Shown: positions 41,433 through 51,993, numbered from the stretch's first letter. The stretch is 64,000 nucleotides of DNA from Nitrospirota bacterium (GCA_963701855.1 CAVPBK010000006.1:1472001-1536000); one strand, 5' to 3'. A program made the numbers and translations. The notes: generated by a model not told the origin, from the letters alone.

Positions 41433-42419
41433 GTGCACATCCGGACGTTGATGTGTGTGCTCCTGTTGGGCCTCGCCTCAGGGTGTGCCACGGGATCAGA
41501 TCCTCTTGTTCATCCCGAGGTCGTGGACCGTCGGTGCGGGCCGATCTCACCCCTTCACCGATCTGTCAATCAAAACCTCCCTCGCGCGCATGCTGCCTCG
41601 GAGAGGCCTCCGATCGATCCTGCTGTGCTTGCCGGGCGATTTTCTCCGCAATCCCAGAGTATCGCCGACAGTATCGGCGTCAAAGATCTCCTCGCGCAAC
41701 TGACGATTCTGAAGGCAGAGGCGGATCAACATGGTGGGGCCATGACCATCGAACGCCTTCACGTGCAGCAACAGCTCTCGAATCGCATATTACTGGCCTT
41801 TCTGGATGTCGCCAGAGCCGCTGCCGAAGCCGATTGCGAAGAAGAACGAGCCGATCAGCTTGCGGATGGGTTGCACGAGGTGCGTGACAAACGCATTCGA
41901 CAATACACACTCATCGCCATCGTGGGTGATGCCATGATCGGCATCGTCGCTGGCGCATTGGAACTCGCATTGCAAGAAACGGCCGCAGCCGCCGCTGCGA
42001 TATTCGGAGGCAGTGTGGCAACATGGTTCGGCCTGTCTGCTTTTTTCGACGACACCCACTATGACTTTCGACACGCGCGTAACCTCTTGCAGGAGGTGTG
42101 GATGGCGCCTGAAGAACCAGCGCTGATTCCTCCTTCAGTATGGCGGCACTTGACCCGTCCGTTACCCGACGATCCTGCGCAGCGGTCCTTACGAGAATCC
42201 CTCATCATCCGCTGGCGTCAAGACGGTCGGTTTGGGGAGGCAGGTTCGGAGCTGGAGCAGCGTCGTACGGCTCTGTTTTTTGGTGAGGGAGGCTCCTATG
42301 AGATTGAAGACCTTCGTGCTCGAGCCGCCATGTTGGATCTTCTCGAATCCGACATCAATCTCATGAGCCAAGATCTCGAACGACTCATGGAAGAAGTACT
42401 CCTACTCAATGACTCGTGA
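41433..42419 (+). CDS. Hypothetical lipoprotein
   Basis: LASGC lipobox, helical with a hydrophobic hairpin. Confidence 0.7.
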   Translation: MHIRTLMCVLLLGLASGCATGSDPLVHPEVVDRRCGPISPLHRSVNQNLPRAHAASERPPIDPAVLAGRFSPQSQSIADSIGVKDLLAQLTILKAEADQHGGAMTIERLHVQQQLSNRILLAFLDVARAAAEADCEEERADQLADGLHEVRDKRIRQYTLIAIVGDAMIGIVAGALELALQETAAAAAAIFGGSVATWFGLSAFFDDTHYDFRHARNLLQEVWMAPEEPALIPPSVWRHLTRPLPDDPAQRSLRESLIIRWRQDGRFGEAGSELEQRRTALFFGEGGSYEIEDLRARAAMLDLLESDINLMSQDLERLMEEVLLLNDS

Positions 42420-42462
42420 GGACAGGCGTTGGTTCGTTCGGTTTGAAGCGTGTCCCCATGCG

Positions 42463-42678
42463 TTACGGGAATCCACTACCAGTCATCGTGCATTCACCCG
42501 ATGACGGGAGGGCCCCCGTAGCACGAGTGGTATGAGCCCCTGAGCCGGAACATGGATCAATCTTCCCGCTGTCAGAACGCAGGGTGGAATCACTCGGCGT
42601 TGTCTCTAAGATACCGCAGGATTGGAGCGACAGGACTGTCAGAATGAGCCCGCAGACTAACCATCGTGTCGATGTCAT
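42463..42678 (-). CDS. Small putative lipoprotein
   Basis: GGAGG RBS, LQSC lipobox. Confidence 0.5.
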   Translation of the reverse strand: MTSTRWLVCGLILTVLSLQSCGILETTPSDSTLRSDSGKIDPCSGSGAHTTRATGALPSSGECTMTGSGFP

Positions 42679-43183
42679 GGTGACCTCCCGGGCAATTAAT
42701 CCTGAGAACTCGAATTGTAGAGATGGAGAGCCTCTTTGGTGAATCCGTTACGCACTCTCTACAGTTTCTACTCTACCCGCTCCGAAGAGTGAGGAGAACT
42801 GAGACGATTACTAGGTTTGTCCCTGTGCAATGTCGTAGATGTGACAGACGTGTTACTTCATCCAGCATAGTCGCTGAGCAGGGCTCCTAGTAGGAGCTCC
42901 AATGCACGGCTCTCATGGATTCTTTCCTTCGACAGGTTATTGGGGTGGTGCTTGTCGTCGTTTCGAATGTATCGACTTTCGAGAAGAATATCTGGTGCCG
43001 GAGAAACTGTTCGAGTTAACGGGTGAAAGTGGAAGAGTGGCCTGAATCACCGGCTGCGTTTGGATTCTAAGATGGATAAACCGGGACATTCTACTTTTCC
43101 TGCAGCGCCTGACCCGCTAGCACTGTTCTCCATGCGGGGAGTAGCCTGAGCCCACTGGTTGTTCTCCTGTTCGGATGAGCGCC

Positions 43184-43633
43184 ATGCGGAATGTCTTCTT
43201 CCTTCTCCTGCTGCTACTGCCGCTCTCCGTCCACGCGGAGGATATCGGCGAGCTGAGCGCGAATCCGTACAATCCTGATTCCACGTCCAATCCCTTCGGG
43301 GCTGGAAGTCCCTTCAAGCCGGACGGCCTGAACAATCCCTTCAGCCCCTACGGCAGTCCCTTCAGCAATCAATCCGCGACAAATCCCTTCGTTACCGATG
43401 CGCCTCGGCTCCTTGCTCGTCTCTCCGGTCTGTCTGGTCTCTTTGGTTTCTCTGGTTATTTTCCGGTCCGGTCAACAAGACAGACCAAATAGACTAGATA
43501 AACGAGATAGACCAGTTTCGTTTCTCCGTTCTCGCCGGACTCAATCAACAACCCCTACGGCGCCGGAAATCCTTACAGCCCCAGCAGTCCCACGAATCCC
43601 TACGGACGCAACCTTCGAATTGAAGGACGCTGA
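43184..43633 (+). pseudogene. NPY/NPF-repeat gene copy 3, interrupted by hairpin element
   Basis: Same structure and junctions as copy 1. Confidence 0.75.
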
Positions 43634-43857
43634 TCCAGCCGCTGAACCGCTTCGCGTGACCTCATGGCTGCTTGACACCTCCCTACGGACGGCCTAGCCT
43701 TGCCGATCATGCCGGGAGCACGTTACCAAACCTTCCGTCTGGGTGATCGCTCTGAACTACTTACAGAGCAGTTGCTGTCTGCCTTTGCATTCACAACCCG
43801 CGTTCCAGGGACCGGGAAACGGGGACATTCTACTTGTTCGGCATCGGCTGACATGCC

Positions 43858-44003
43858 AAGCGCATGATTGCCGATGTGATCCTGCCCGATGGACTGAATC
43901 TCAATCAGAAACTCGTCAAGCAATGGTGGTGCTGGTGGTACCGGAAATATGCGTCGGCAGATACCACGTTAGAGAGGCTAGAGGCTGAAGCGAGGGAGGG
44001 ACG
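43858..44003 (+). pseudogene. Thermonuclease (SNase-like) C-terminal fragment
   Basis: IADVILPDGLNLNQKLVKQWWCWWYRKYA...EAEARE. Confidence 0.7.
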
Positions 44004-44052
44004 GAAGCAGAAGTGCGAGGACGCTAACGGGTTTATGGAAGCATCCGACCCG

Positions 44053-44358
44053 CTACGGATTTTTAGGAAAAACGCCCTTCTCTATGAGTTTTTTGTTGTA
44101 CGCGTCGGCGTCCATGGGGCAGAGAAAGAGGTCTCTAACTTCTTTTAGAGTCTCAAGCCGAAGCTGCATTCTCATTGGCTTCAGAAGTGTGTCCCCATAT
44201 GTCTTGTAGTTAGAACCATGGGAAGTATAGGTGTAGGCCCCAGTCCTCTTGCCGTTATACTCGTGATAAAAATATTTGTGGCTTGATTTAGCAGGATCTA
44301 GCACAAACCCTTTTTGGGGAAGAGTGCTTTCGATCTTATCCCGAGGAACCTGAGACAT
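44053..44358 (-). CDS. HicA-like toxin
   Basis: LPQKGF...SSHKYF...TSHG, basic 101 aa. Confidence 0.65.
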   Translation of the reverse strand: MSQVPRDKIESTLPQKGFVLDPAKSSHKYFYHEYNGKRTGAYTYTSHGSNYKTYGDTLLKPMRMQLRLETLKEVRDLFLCPMDADAYNKKLIEKGVFPKNP

Positions 44359-44360
44359 TC

Positions 44361-44771
44361 TCAGGCGGCCTCGGCTAGGAGATTTGAAAAAATGTTTTTC
44401 AAGCGGATGGCGTCGCCGATGACTTGGGAGTCCTCAAGGGATCGGTAGTACTGCCAGAAATGGACGATGTGGTGTTCTAAATCGAGAACAGCTTCTTCTA
44501 AACTTCCACCCGTCCCGACCACGTTAAGCGCTTCGTTTTCCGCGAAGAACCACGCACCATCTTGAGTAACGTTAATACCGATCGGTTTCGACGGCAAGTA
44601 AGTGTGGCCAGCAATCGTTAACTTCAACAGAGGAAATTTAAATGGCTTAAAGAGGGGTTCTGCTACCGTTGCCGCTTCCTCATAGGTCGGAGAGCCTGGT
44701 ATAGGACGGAAGTGCGCAGGAAATTCTCCAAGGATTTCATGAGCGCTACGCGTCGCGCCGACCATGGTCAT
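44361..44771 (-). CDS. HicB-like antitoxin with N-terminal extension
   Basis: DGAWFFAENEALNVVGTGGSLEEAVLDL matches the HicB G.(T/S).EEA pattern; no DNA-binding tail. Confidence 0.65.
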   Translation of the reverse strand: MTMVGATRSAHEILGEFPAHFRPIPGSPTYEEAATVAEPLFKPFKFPLLKLTIAGHTYLPSKPIGINVTQDGAWFFAENEALNVVGTGGSLEEAVLDLEHHIVHFWQYYRSLEDSQVIGDAIRLKNIFSNLLAEAA

Positions 44772-45469
44772 ATTTCCTCCCCCCTTATATAGTTGCGGTA
44801 CTCGTCCGTGATCATGCCCTCAAACATTTGTTTTGTTACGCTGTGGCTCTCTTCCAGATACGCCCCAATTTTACCAAAGACCAAATCCGATTGCATGGCA
44901 TAATCGAAATCCAAAAGGATGGCCTCGTGACTCTTGTCTTCCGCTAACATATGCTCGATGCGCGCGTTAATGATCCCGTTCCCAACCGGCGAGGCAAAGG
45001 CAAAATTCATCGTGGTGAAATTATCGGTAGCCGGGGGAGGTAACTGAAACCCCACCTTCAGGTATTCGCGCAACGGAATACTTCCTGCTTTAGGCACAAA
45101 CGGAATGGCGTTGACATAGCGCAGCCCCGTCCTCGTCAGCTTCTCGATTTTGAATGTTGTTCTAAAAATGGCCGCTATTCTTAGGACTTCCTCTTTGAAC
45201 GCGTCAAAACCGGGGTATTTCTTCGTGCTGTACGCGAGCTTGTTGATTGCGGTCATGATGGTCGCTTGATCATCCTCTTGCTTAAAATGATACAAGGCCA
45301 GTGCGGGGGCGTCTCCAGGTTGTAGCTTTGGGACATACACCTTTGGGTATTTATTGCGGACCAGCCGGAAGAATTCATCCCGGCGACATTCGACCGCCGG
45401 GTCTCCGGGGAAACGGATCTCAAAAGCAACGTCTATGAGGGGCTGATTGGGATACTGTTCTGCACTCAT
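44768..45469 (-). CDS. TIGR04255-family protein (second, divergent)
   Basis: YPNQPLIDVAFEIRF, KYPGFDAF, RTGLRYVN, LLDFD, FEGMITDE. Confidence 0.85.
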   Translation of the reverse strand: MSAEQYPNQPLIDVAFEIRFPGDPAVECRRDEFFRLVRNKYPKVYVPKLQPGDAPALALYHFKQEDDQATIMTAINKLAYSTKKYPGFDAFKEEVLRIAAIFRTTFKIEKLTRTGLRYVNAIPFVPKAGSIPLREYLKVGFQLPPPATDNFTTMNFAFASPVGNGIINARIEHMLAEDKSHEAILLDFDYAMQSDLVFGKIGAYLEESHSVTKQMFEGMITDEYRNYIRGEEI

Positions 45470-45866
45470 CGTTTAAAACAGCATGGGCTAGCCGAGGGCG
45501 TTTGTCTAGCAGAGATTGAAGGGAAGATTAGCCGATGAAACCCGATACAGTCAAAATAATTGCGCACCTCTTGTGATCTTTTCACAAAAGCTATGTGGAT
45601 CACCCCTAGAGCCTCTGCACTGTGTCTATCGCCGTACAGGTCGGGTGCCTTTCACCATCACCATTGTCAGAAACTGTGTCTCAACGGAGGGGTTCACCCC
45701 AGGTTCACCCCATTGAGGTGTGCTAATTTTGTGCGGCAATTCTTCACAAACAACCGAATTCAGTAGAAGCCATGGAATCAGTAGAAAGCCAGCAAGCTCA
45801 TGATGTTCAACGATAAACGGGGAAACCTTCGCAACATCGAGCGGTTCGAATCATTGGCCTTCTGCC

Positions 45867-45912
45867 ACTCTTAATCAGCGGGCCGTAGGTTCGACCCCTA
45901 CACGGCCCACCA
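45867..45912 (+). repeat. tRNA-Lys 3' half duplication (att site)
   Basis: Exact 46-nt copy ending in CCA. Confidence 0.92.
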
Positions 45913-45917
45913 AAAAA

Positions 45918-46190
45918 TCAACTACATAGCGAAGCACTAGCCGGAGAGTTATTGGCAGGTGTTATTACGGTGTTAGATTGGTAAGAATTTAGCTTCTTTG
46001 CTGCAAGGCGAAGATCAGCCTCGGAAACGGAATTGTACCGCTTGTGCATCTTCTCTGACTTGTGACCCACAATCTTCATCGCGGTCACGGTATCTACCCC
46101 TGCCCGTCTTAGATTCGTCGCTGCACAGTGCCGAAGGTCATGGAAACGCAAATTTTTGATCCCAGCCTTGCGGACAGCCGTACCAAATGA
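45918..46190 (-). pseudogene. Tyrosine integrase C-terminal fragment
   Basis: FHDLRH, VGHKS, KRY catalytic motifs; N-terminal part absent. Confidence 0.88.
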
Positions 46191-46268
46191 CCGTTGTTTG
46201 GCGATCCACTCCATGGCCGCTGTGCCCATATCCGCACTTCACCGAAGAGAACCCGTGAGGAAAACGCC

Positions 46269-46547
46269 ATGTTCAATCAAAATCATTTTGGAACTTGGGT
46301 GTATGTGTGTCTGCTCGTCGTGTTCTTTGGCTTCGGTTTGTTTATGACTGGAAAGGAGATCCACCACTGGGTGACGGCGCCCAGTGAACGCGAGCAGCGC
46401 GAAGCGATCTGGATGCGCCTGACAAATGGCGAGTTTAAGAGCTACCGCGATTGCGTCAACGGTCATAAGGAGATCAGCCTTCCAATCTTGAAGTATTGCC
46501 GCGAATGGCATCGAGAGGTAACGTTCTTTGAAGAGTCAGGAGACTAA
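46269..46547 (+). CDS. Hypothetical membrane-anchored protein
   Basis: RBS, single TM segment. Confidence 0.5.
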   Translation: MFNQNHFGTWVYVCLLVVFFGFGLFMTGKEIHHWVTAPSEREQREAIWMRLTNGEFKSYRDCVNGHKEISLPILKYCREWHREVTFFEESGD

Positions 46548-46724
46548 GCGAACTTGACGAGAGGCACTTTCCATTTTTATTTGATGGTCTCTCTATATCC
46601 CAAAAACGCTCAACCCACCGTGGGTCACAGGAAAAATGGCGGGAGCAGCGTCGGCTCAAACTCGCTGACTCCCTTGCGCCTTCCTGAACGTCCCTCATAC
46701 AATACGCCTCCCTGTGAGGCCTCT

Positions 46725-47057
46725 ATGCCCTTCACTATTCGTCCCTTCCATCGCTTCCCTGTGCAATGCTCCGTCACATACAACGCTGGGCCATTCCAAG
46801 GCCAAGGTACCGTATGGAATCTCTCGTGTTCTGGTTGGCGACTCTCTGGTGATCTGCCGATGCGACCAGGAGAAACCCTCTCGCTGACCGTTACGTTTCC
46901 GAATGAGCAACGGATCGAAGTACCGGAAGCGGTGGTGCGATGGTCGAGAGGGCAGGAGTTTGCGGTAGAAAATGTCGTGATCAAGCCCCAAACCCATGTT
47001 CGACTGAAGCACTACGTGAAGCGGTTGGTGCAGAGCTCAAGTCAGTTAGCGCCATGA
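46725..47057 (+). CDS. PilZ-domain protein
   Basis: RPFHR, NLSCSG, VVRW. Confidence 0.78.
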   Translation: MPFTIRPFHRFPVQCSVTYNAGPFQGQGTVWNLSCSGWRLSGDLPMRPGETLSLTVTFPNEQRIEVPEAVVRWSRGQEFAVENVVIKPQTHVRLKHYVKRLVQSSSQLAP

Positions 47058-47107
47058 GTGACGAATGCCCGAGGAAAAGGCATCTTGAGCACGTATCAAG
47101 GTGTTTA

Positions 47108-47371
47108 ATGAAATGGCTGGTGCCCGTTGTTTTCATGTTTCTGTTAGTTGGCTGTCTCTCACATACTATGAGTTCGTGGGAAGGCAAGCACCGAGATGAC
47201 CTTATTCAGAAATGGGGCCCTCCCAATCAAGAAGCAACGCTCAGCAAAGGGGGAACCAGTCTGGTTTATATACAGACTTGGGCCAACCAGTATGGGGCCA
47301 ACACCTGCCGCATGGTTTTCAACACCGACGAGGGAGGCATTATTAAGTCTTGGTCATATTACGGCTGCTAA
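47108..47371 (+). CDS. Small lipoprotein
   Basis: LVGC lipobox, WEGKHRDDLIQKWGPP. Confidence 0.68.
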   Translation: MKWLVPVVFMFLLVGCLSHTMSSWEGKHRDDLIQKWGPPNQEATLSKGGTSLVYIQTWANQYGANTCRMVFNTDEGGIIKSWSYYGC

Positions 47372-47534
47372 TGGTAGGGGAGACTGAAAGTGCGAAGAAT
47401 AAAGTGGGAGATGATGACATTCCATGAGGGACCGTCCCAAACGCGACAGCATGTCTATCGAAGAAGCCACCGTCTCCAACATGTGGGGGATCGCGGATAT
47501 TTGGAAGTGCTCGACCGAAAGGGCCTGCTGTCGA

Positions 47535-47816
47535 ATGGAAGTACATAAACAAGCCTTTTGGGAGAGGAAAGGGACAGAAGGTTATCCAAGACTTTGGGTT
47601 TGTACATACTGCTTTGATGAGGTCTTCTGGCAAAAGATTCCAAATCCTGATTGCCCGACCTGCCACCACATCAAAACCTACGAGGACTTCACGCTCGAAG
47701 AAATCATGGGCTGGGGCACCGAGGAACTTATCTCCAAGGCACGTCAGGCTAAGGCGCAGGCAGTAGCGGCTATACTACTTGCTGATGCAAAAACACAGGA
47801 CAGGCAGCTTTCCTAG
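47535..47816 (+). CDS. Hypothetical Zn-ribbon protein
   Basis: CTYC and CPTC pairs. Confidence 0.5.
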   Translation: MEVHKQAFWERKGTEGYPRLWVCTYCFDEVFWQKIPNPDCPTCHHIKTYEDFTLEEIMGWGTEELISKARQAKAQAVAAILLADAKTQDRQLS

Positions 47817-47943
47817 AGACTGGTTCATACATCGAATGCATTCACGCGCAACGTGCTCGAACGGTTGGGGCGAATCAGGCCAGCGGGTGGCGAAGGGCAC
47901 GACGCACTAGAACAATTTCCAAAATAGGCTCCGCACAAAAGAC

Positions 47944-48639
47944 ATGCCGAAACCACTCGTATCGTATCGCCCATTTTATGCCAGGACGCTTAAGGCAAAG
48001 AAGCTGAAGAAACTCGCATTCCTTTTTCGGCACTGGGATCGAGTGCTGTCAAAGGTAAGTGCGCCGTTAGCGAAACGGTGGCATGATCATCCATTCTGGT
48101 ACGGAGAGCGGAGTAACATTGGATGGCTTGCGCTTGCAGCTCATGAGTCAGGTCATATAGCCATTCAGGAACCATCGGTGACAAGATCTGGGAAAGCAGG
48201 CAGGAGCGATTTGTGGGTGATCCGACCGCCGCATATGTACATGTATGACTTTGAAGCAAAGCAGATAGAATTATCAATATCAGCATTTGCCAAAAATCCT
48301 CTTCCACTAAAACTGCCAAAGACGATTGAGGATTTGCTTCAAGAAGCGATACGCCAGTTAAAGAAAAAGGATAAAGAATATGATGCGCACACGGCAATCG
48401 GTCTAGTATTCCTGCCTCTCTATTCACGTAGTAAAGCGGACAGAAAAGAGCTTATCCGGTCAATCAACAATTTCAGGACTGCAATGCTGACGAAATATCT
48501 AAAGCAGCTAGGGGCAGACTTCCTGGCCTTACACATTCCTCCATATTCTTATGTGCAAAGTAATTCGCTGGACTATTCAGGAGTCCCTTCACCAGGGCTT
48601 GCTATAATTGGAAAAATTCAATGGTCCGCGTCGAAATGA
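47944..48639 (+). CDS. Hypothetical protein, PD-(D/E)xK nuclease-like
   Basis: QE...GRSDLWV...DFEAK spacing; low GC. Confidence 0.6.
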   Translation: MPKPLVSYRPFYARTLKAKKLKKLAFLFRHWDRVLSKVSAPLAKRWHDHPFWYGERSNIGWLALAAHESGHIAIQEPSVTRSGKAGRSDLWVIRPPHMYMYDFEAKQIELSISAFAKNPLPLKLPKTIEDLLQEAIRQLKKKDKEYDAHTAIGLVFLPLYSRSKADRKELIRSINNFRTAMLTKYLKQLGADFLALHIPPYSYVQSNSLDYSGVPSPGLAIIGKIQWSASK

Positions 48640-48659
48640 ATCTTCGACAAGCATATGTT

Positions 48660-48826
48660 CAATCTTCATTTGCATAGCCCTGCTCTTGCGGTACGAGAAC
48701 TGTACCGCCAGCTTCACCGGCTCCGTCGTGTCTGTCCTCGATGGCGACACCATCGAAGTTCTGCACTACACCTACCCTGAGCGTGTCCGCCTCAGTGGCA
48801 TTGACTGCCCTGAGAAGGGCCAAGCA
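48660..48826 (+). pseudogene. Thermonuclease N-terminal fragment
   Basis: VVSVLDGDTIEVL...RVRLSGIDCPEKGQA, then unrelated sequence. Confidence 0.75.
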
Positions 48827-49285
48827 AGCCGCTTCATCACTCGTCTCCGGCACAATATCTCTGATTCACAACCTTCGCCACCGCTGTTCCATTTTCCGTC
48901 CCAATCTATAAACTGTAATGACGGGACGGAAATAAAAACAGCCTCGCTATTCTGATCCTTGACACCTCCCCACGGATCGCCTAGCCCCCGTTCTCAAAGA
49001 CACCTACTGAATTTCAACTCACCCTCTCTCGTCTCGTTCCTGGCCAAGTGACTCGCCGCCAAAAAACAGGAAATCTCCGCGATCTGGTCACATTTGCTCA
49101 GCGAGCAAGTCCCCGGAGAGCGTAGCTTTATAGGCATACGTTTTTACAACTGAAGGAGAGAACCGAAGAGATTCCCGATGATACGAGACGAGTTCTGACC
49201 TATATAGACGAGAAGATGCTAGAGATTTTGAAATTCAAGGGTAGGCACCGTTCGATAAATAAGGATCGGACAATGGGGGCACGTG

Positions 49286-49459
49286 ATGACGACAGTTCAA
49301 ACAGTTTCCTTACAAATGAATTGGAAACGGCGAACGGCTCAATCACCATGTGAGCATTCCAACCTGGAGTTGGAATGGAATGAACGAGGTCGTTCGACGG
49401 GCCACTATGCCTGTATGCTCTGCGGTGAATCTGTGGTGCTCGGGCCTCTAGCCGCGTAA
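49286..49459 (+). CDS. Small putative Zn-binding protein, paralog 2 (below ORF-track cutoff)
   Basis: Manual translation ...PCEHSNLELEWNERGRSTGHYACMLCGESVV. Confidence 0.6.
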   Translation: MTTVQTVSLQMNWKRRTAQSPCEHSNLELEWNERGRSTGHYACMLCGESVVLGPLAA

Positions 49460-49682
49460 CATCTCCACAAGCCCTTCCACCGTCAATAGCGCGTTTCCCT
49501 CGCACCGGTTCGTCACGAGTACATCCGCGTCATTACCTGCACAGACCGCAACTTCCATTCATTTTTCAAAATTGAGCAATGGTGAACAGACTGGAATGAT
49601 CAGCGTCGCGTATTGTTGTGTTCAGATAAAGGCACGACCGTCTTCCTGAGAATAGGACACGAGGACATAAGGAGGCCATTCA

Positions 49683-49847
49683 ATGAAGATCAAACAAGCA
49701 GATTTCATTCGAGCGAGGTGGAGGGGGCAATCAGCCCTGGAAACATGTAGACATATGACGCTGGAGGTAGAACTTAATGACCAAGGTGATTCGACAGGCA
49801 ACTATGTTTGCATTGTCTGCGGTGAAACTGTAGCGCAACGGCCCTAG
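49683..49847 (+). CDS. Small putative Zn-binding protein, paralog 3 (below ORF-track cutoff)
   Basis: AAGGAGG RBS; ...TCRHMTLEVELNDQGDSTGNYVCIVCGETVA. Confidence 0.62.
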   Translation: MKIKQADFIRARWRGQSALETCRHMTLEVELNDQGDSTGNYVCIVCGETVAQRP

Positions 49848-50090
49848 CCGCGTAACGTCTCCACAAGTCTACCCTTATATTCCTCCTACGCTCTCCAATC
49901 CGACCCTTGCGTCGTCGTTCGGTTCCCTCCTACAATACGCCTCCTGCGAGGCCCTGCTCAAGGCGTCGGACCTGACTGTGGCAGAGCAGGAAGCCGTGGA
50001 AACCATGATAGGTCGGCTCCAGGAAAACCTCGGCTCTGGACATGAAGCCGGTTAGCCGTTGAGCCTTCCTCATACCGAATGACCTAAGTG

Positions 50091-50460
50091 TTATTTTTCG
50101 ACCTGGCGAAGAGACAGCACACGGTTCACATCGTTCACTTCGTGCACTTTCGCTTCAATACGATCTCCTCGGCCAATCGGTCCGCTTATCTCGGTGGCTG
50201 AATCAACACGGTACCTCACTTCTTTACCGTTATACCGCTGGATGAGATAATCATTGCCATCGACGCGCAACACTATCGCCCTTGATGGTGTGGATGCCTC
50301 GCTGTACTTCCTCATTGCACTTAAGGAGATTGGGCTCACTCCCTTTCCTATTCGCACAGGGGTCAACTTCCATTGTGGCCCCTTGCGTGACGTTGGAAAG
50401 ACTCAGACACAGCACGAAACCACACGACATGACACCGATGATTTTGGCAATAGATACCAT
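50091..50460 (-). pseudogene. Small secreted OB-fold-like protein, paralog C, frameshifted
   Basis: MVSIAKIIGVMSCG..TIKGD and VLRVDG..GDRIEAKV lie in different frames. Confidence 0.72.
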
Positions 50461-50552
50461 GGGGCACCTCCTCGGTAAATATAAGAATGCAATAGGTTTA
50501 TCTAACCGTGTCTAGGAAAATATGAGCCTGCCGGACAGCCGAGCAACCCCGA

Positions 50553-50720
50553 TTACTCAACCCGAGTGCTCCGCCCCGTGACCAAATGGATCACGACCAA
50601 CACCACTCCGATCACGAACAGAATCCAGGAAATCTGGACCGCTATTGCTGACACTCCGGCGAGATTCAGAGCACCGGCAATCAAGCCGACCACCAGGAAG
50701 ACTAATGCGTAGTAGAGCAT
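50553..50720 (-). CDS. DUF1328-family small membrane protein
   Basis: MLYYALVFLVVGLIAGALNLAGVSAIAVQISWILFVIG; GAGGAG RBS. Confidence 0.85.
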   Translation of the reverse strand: MLYYALVFLVVGLIAGALNLAGVSAIAVQISWILFVIGVVLVVIHLVTGRSTRVE

Positions 50721-50969
50721 GACCTACTCCTCTCTATGAAATGCGATGCTAATAAATCCTAATCTTGCATAGCCGGTTTGTGCCACTGGGGATCTCCCCA
50801 GTTTTCGGTCGAACAATAGAAAGGACTCTAACCTGTCCATTCAGTTACGGTTTGACACCACACGACGATTCTATTACAAGACCACTAACCGCTCGCTTTG
50901 TCTCAGCAATAGGCATTTTAAGCTAGTCGGGATGAATCCGGTGTGATACATCTCCTGCATTGAGGGCTA

Positions 50970-51539
50970 TTGATGTCGTCTCCACATGCCAGACCCAAGC
51001 ATTCGTCCTTCCTGCAATGGTGTCGTGGCCTCATCCAAACATTGTCGTATGAAGGCATTCTGAGCATTACTGTCTATCTGCCACCCATGTTCTTCATGGT
51101 GGGACCGGCGTCGGTTGTGGCGAACAACCCATGGATCACTCTCATCCTCAATGCTATCGTCGGTTTTGCTGTGAGTTGGGTCCTGCACCGTGTGGGGCAT
51201 CGATTACTCACAGTGCTGCCGAACGAACCGAAGGCTATTTACCTCTCGACCTCACTGCGCCTGCCTGTAAAACTTACGCTGACTCAATTCGTGTTGGTGC
51301 TGGAGGGTATCGTCGCGACCGCGGTTTTCAGCGCGGTCGTGGGAAAGCGATTCTTTCTTGTCGGCGGTGTGCTCGAGGTTCTGTCCAGCGCAATCTTCTT
51401 TGCCGTGGGTCTCGGCCTGTATTTTCTCCCAGTCTATCTGGGGAAGCTCTGGATCAAGAGATATTATTCTGCGTTGCCTCTGTTGCGTCCGACTGCTGAA
51501 GTAGTGAACAGGTCTCTCACTGGCGTTGGTCCACGATGA
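50970..51539 (+). CDS. Hypothetical membrane protein (about 4 TM)
   Basis: 189-aa hydrophobic ORF. Confidence 0.55.
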   Translation: MMSSPHARPKHSSFLQWCRGLIQTLSYEGILSITVYLPPMFFMVGPASVVANNPWITLILNAIVGFAVSWVLHRVGHRLLTVLPNEPKAIYLSTSLRLPVKLTLTQFVLVLEGIVATAVFSAVVGKRFFLVGGVLEVLSSAIFFAVGLGLYFLPVYLGKLWIKRYYSALPLLRPTAEVVNRSLTGVGPR

Positions 51540-51993
51540 AGCCTGCTCGAACAAGTGGGCGATCTGCCAAGGGCTTTCAGCAATCCCTCTTCTTTCGCTG
51601 AACTTCTGCCCAAAACCATAACTCCGCCTGCAACAGGCCCTGCCCTGCCGACAAAGCCCGTTTATCGAGTACCTACTCAAGCCCTTTTTTCAATTTTCCA
51701 AATATGTTTTAGAGACTCTTTTCTATGTGCACTGTATCCCCCTTTACCTGACCGGCAACCGCCCCACAACTGCCACCCCTTCCAAGGGTGGCCCACCGCC
51801 AGGAATACGCCATCCGGCCCACCATCTTGTGCCATAGGTACAGGTGTTAATAGGGTGTTAGGAATAGCGACAAACTGACTGGATTAGCGACCAGAAGAGC
51901 CGAGTAGAAGCGAATAGTGGAATGTGCGAATCGCCAGTACTGGCAAGGGGATTGCCCAAGCCATCAAGCACTTGAGCAACCCCCGAGCTGAGC

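Larger units (their letters stand above)
36008..45912. mobile_element. Genomic island 2 at tRNA-Lys
   Basis: Between two tRNA-Lys 3' copies; right flank ~45724-45866 resembles ~35820-35961. Confidence 0.75.

Noticed and set aside
35962..45912. Additional functional tRNA-Lys genes
   Set aside because: Only 3' halves are present; no D-arm or 5' acceptor strand
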